A program made the position numbers and the translations under genes. 36,960 bases of DNA from a virus. Lineage: Duplodnaviria; Caudoviricetes. Each line of letters begins with the position of its first letter. Within the stretch, counting starts at the first letter, position 1. The DNA lies in IMG/VR virus record IMGVR_UViG_3300006810_000012, positions 1 through 36,960 of that record. The stretch is one strand, 5' to 3'. Positions 35,830-36,960 of this stretch are shown here, piece after piece. The notes below the pieces were generated by a model. That model searched no databases and had not been told where the DNA came from. It worked only from the letters and a program-made list of their open reading frames with translations.

Positions 35830-36083
35830 GTGGCTACGCCCTCAATCGCGGGAATGTCAGAAACTGCGATAGCGGTTTGCACAAATTCCTGAATTTGGAT
35901 TTGTGCGGCTTGCGCAATTTCATCCCCTGCAAGGGCCAAAATGCGGCGACAAGTTTGATCGTTCAACTTAACTTGCATTGTAGTATCATTATAGCTGACT
36001 TTGAGTCTTGCAATATAGGGATTATCAGGCCCAGCCTCACCGTAAGGGTTATTTAATTTGATTGATAGGTTTTCAAGTTTCAT
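35826..36083 (-). CDS. Hypothetical protein (first gene of the leftward operon)
   Basis: GGAAGGAAACGAC leader; 85 aa. Confidence 0.7.
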   Translation of the reverse strand: MKLENLSIKLNNPYGEAGPDNPYIARLKVSYNDTTMQVKLNDQTCRRILALAGDEIAQAAQIQIQEFVQTAIAVSDIPAIEGVAT

Positions 36084-36104
36084 GTCGTTTCCTTCCGTTG
36101 CATG

Positions 36105-36142
36105 TCTTGACATACTGGCCGTTATTGTTGATAGTGTCAAGA
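36105..36142. promoter_or_regulatory. Fully overlapping divergent promoters bounded by an inverted repeat
   Basis: + strand TTGACA(36107)-N17-GATAGT; - strand TTGACA(36140)-N17-CAGTAT; TCTTGACA/TGTCAAGA inverted repeat. Confidence 0.7.
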
Positions 36143-36163
36143 GGCCATAATGGAGAAAAGCCA

Positions 36164-36376
36164 ATGACAGACAATATTGAGGCGCTGCGCACGCGGCTAA
36201 AAGAGCATCACCAGCACAATTTGGGGATGAAAGAGGAAGGCACGGTCAGCATCCGCGCAATCTCTAACGCTACCGGGTTAAACTACTGGACGCTGCTGCG
36301 GTTCGCCAATGATGAACGGACAATGATGCCAAAGAGCCGCGCCAAGCTGGCGGAATACTTTGAGGGGGTGGAGTGA
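36164..36376 (+). CDS. Cro/XRE-like HTH regulator
   Basis: SIRAISNATGLNYWTLLRF helix-turn-helix, KLAEYF; first gene after the divergent promoters. Confidence 0.75.
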   Translation: MTDNIEALRTRLKEHHQHNLGMKEEGTVSIRAISNATGLNYWTLLRFANDERTMMPKSRAKLAEYFEGVE

Positions 36377-36570
36377 TGCTAGAGACTGTAGGAATTTTGG
36401 CCATTTGGGTGACTGGTGGCGTCATATCTTTCTATGCGCCGCTTTTGTCTTGTGGATGGTGGGCGAATACTGGTGACGGGCTTTCTGACTTGGCCGCAGG
36501 TATTGGGGTGGGATCAGTTGTTCTTGCCGTATATCTTATCTCTACAATCATTTACTTTGTAGCAACATGA
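36373..36570 (+). CDS. Small membrane protein
   Basis: Two hydrophobic segments. Confidence 0.6.
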   Translation: MMLETVGILAIWVTGGVISFYAPLLSCGWWANTGDGLSDLAAGIGVGSVVLAVYLISTIIYFVAT

Positions 36571-36588
36571 GCGAGGCCAAAGAATGAA

Positions 36589-36861
36589 ATGCCGCATAAT
36601 TCAGCGCACAACTGCATCGCCTGCGCCAAGGTCGGCATTGCAAAATATGGTGCCAGAGGTTTCTCGGTCTGGAAAGCCGTGGCTAGTCACGAACTTGGGT
36701 CAACAGGGTATGTGTGGGCTTGCGCAGAACACATTGAAGCAGTCGAACAGCGATGGCAGAAAGAGCATGGAACTAGCCCAAAGCCGCGCAAAGAAGCTAT
36801 ACCCGCACAGCCCAAGGAAGCAGCGCCAGTATCTAAACCGCCTCAAGGAGATTTGTTCTGA
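36589..36861 (+). CDS. Hypothetical Zn-binding protein
   Basis: CIAC...G..G...WACAEH, C-terminal QGDLF; GAGG RBS. Confidence 0.7.
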   Translation: MPHNSAHNCIACAKVGIAKYGARGFSVWKAVASHELGSTGYVWACAEHIEAVEQRWQKEHGTSPKPRKEAIPAQPKEAAPVSKPPQGDLF

Positions 36862-36960
36862 ATGAGTATTGATAAAATAATCACGCTACCGTGGCCTAGC
36901 CCAAAGCTGACACCACATGCCAAGGGACATTGGAGGCCAAAGGCAGAGGCTACGAAAGAA
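36838..36960. repeat. Terminal direct repeat, right copy
   Basis: Identical to 1-123. Confidence 0.97.

Noticed and set aside
36838-36960. 123-bp terminal repeat as a biological DTR
   Set aside because: It cuts through coding genes and is most simply an assembler overlap of a circular or permuted genome; read data are needed to define the true ends
1-36960. tRNA genes, CRISPR arrays, integrase/att site, alternative genetic code
   Set aside because: None recognised; genes are intact and tightly packed under the standard code

Overview
The window is an apparently complete ~36.8-kb circular or circularly permuted dsDNA tailed-phage genome: bases 1-123 are identical to 36838-36960, giving a unit length of 36,837 bp. 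Gene content points to a short-tailed (podovirus-like) phage of an alphaproteobacterium, probably Rhodobacteraceae (alpha-type SSB, RcGTA-type head-spike proteins). The + strand carries RusA-like resolvase, SSB, two DNA methyltransferases, small replication and accessory genes, then TerS/TerL, portal, scaffold, major capsid, tail hub and nozzle, GNAT, ejection proteins, tail fibre, lysis genes and a head-spike fibre. A leftward early operon carries ERF, a 3'-5' exonuclease, HNH-AP2, NinB and a Ref/DUF968-like nuclease, diverging from a single HTH regulator. I see no integrase, CI repressor, polymerase, primase or helicase. The most unusual feature is a ~500-bp ORF-free, heavily base-paired element at 1601-2162. 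It has a forward promoter and a convergent promoter that would make an ~80-nt antisense RNA, a ColE1 RNA II/RNA I-like layout. It sits where a replication initiator and origin are expected, and the downstream lambda-O-like protein retains only its C-terminal part. All family assignments come from motif recognition by eye; no database search or folding program was run.
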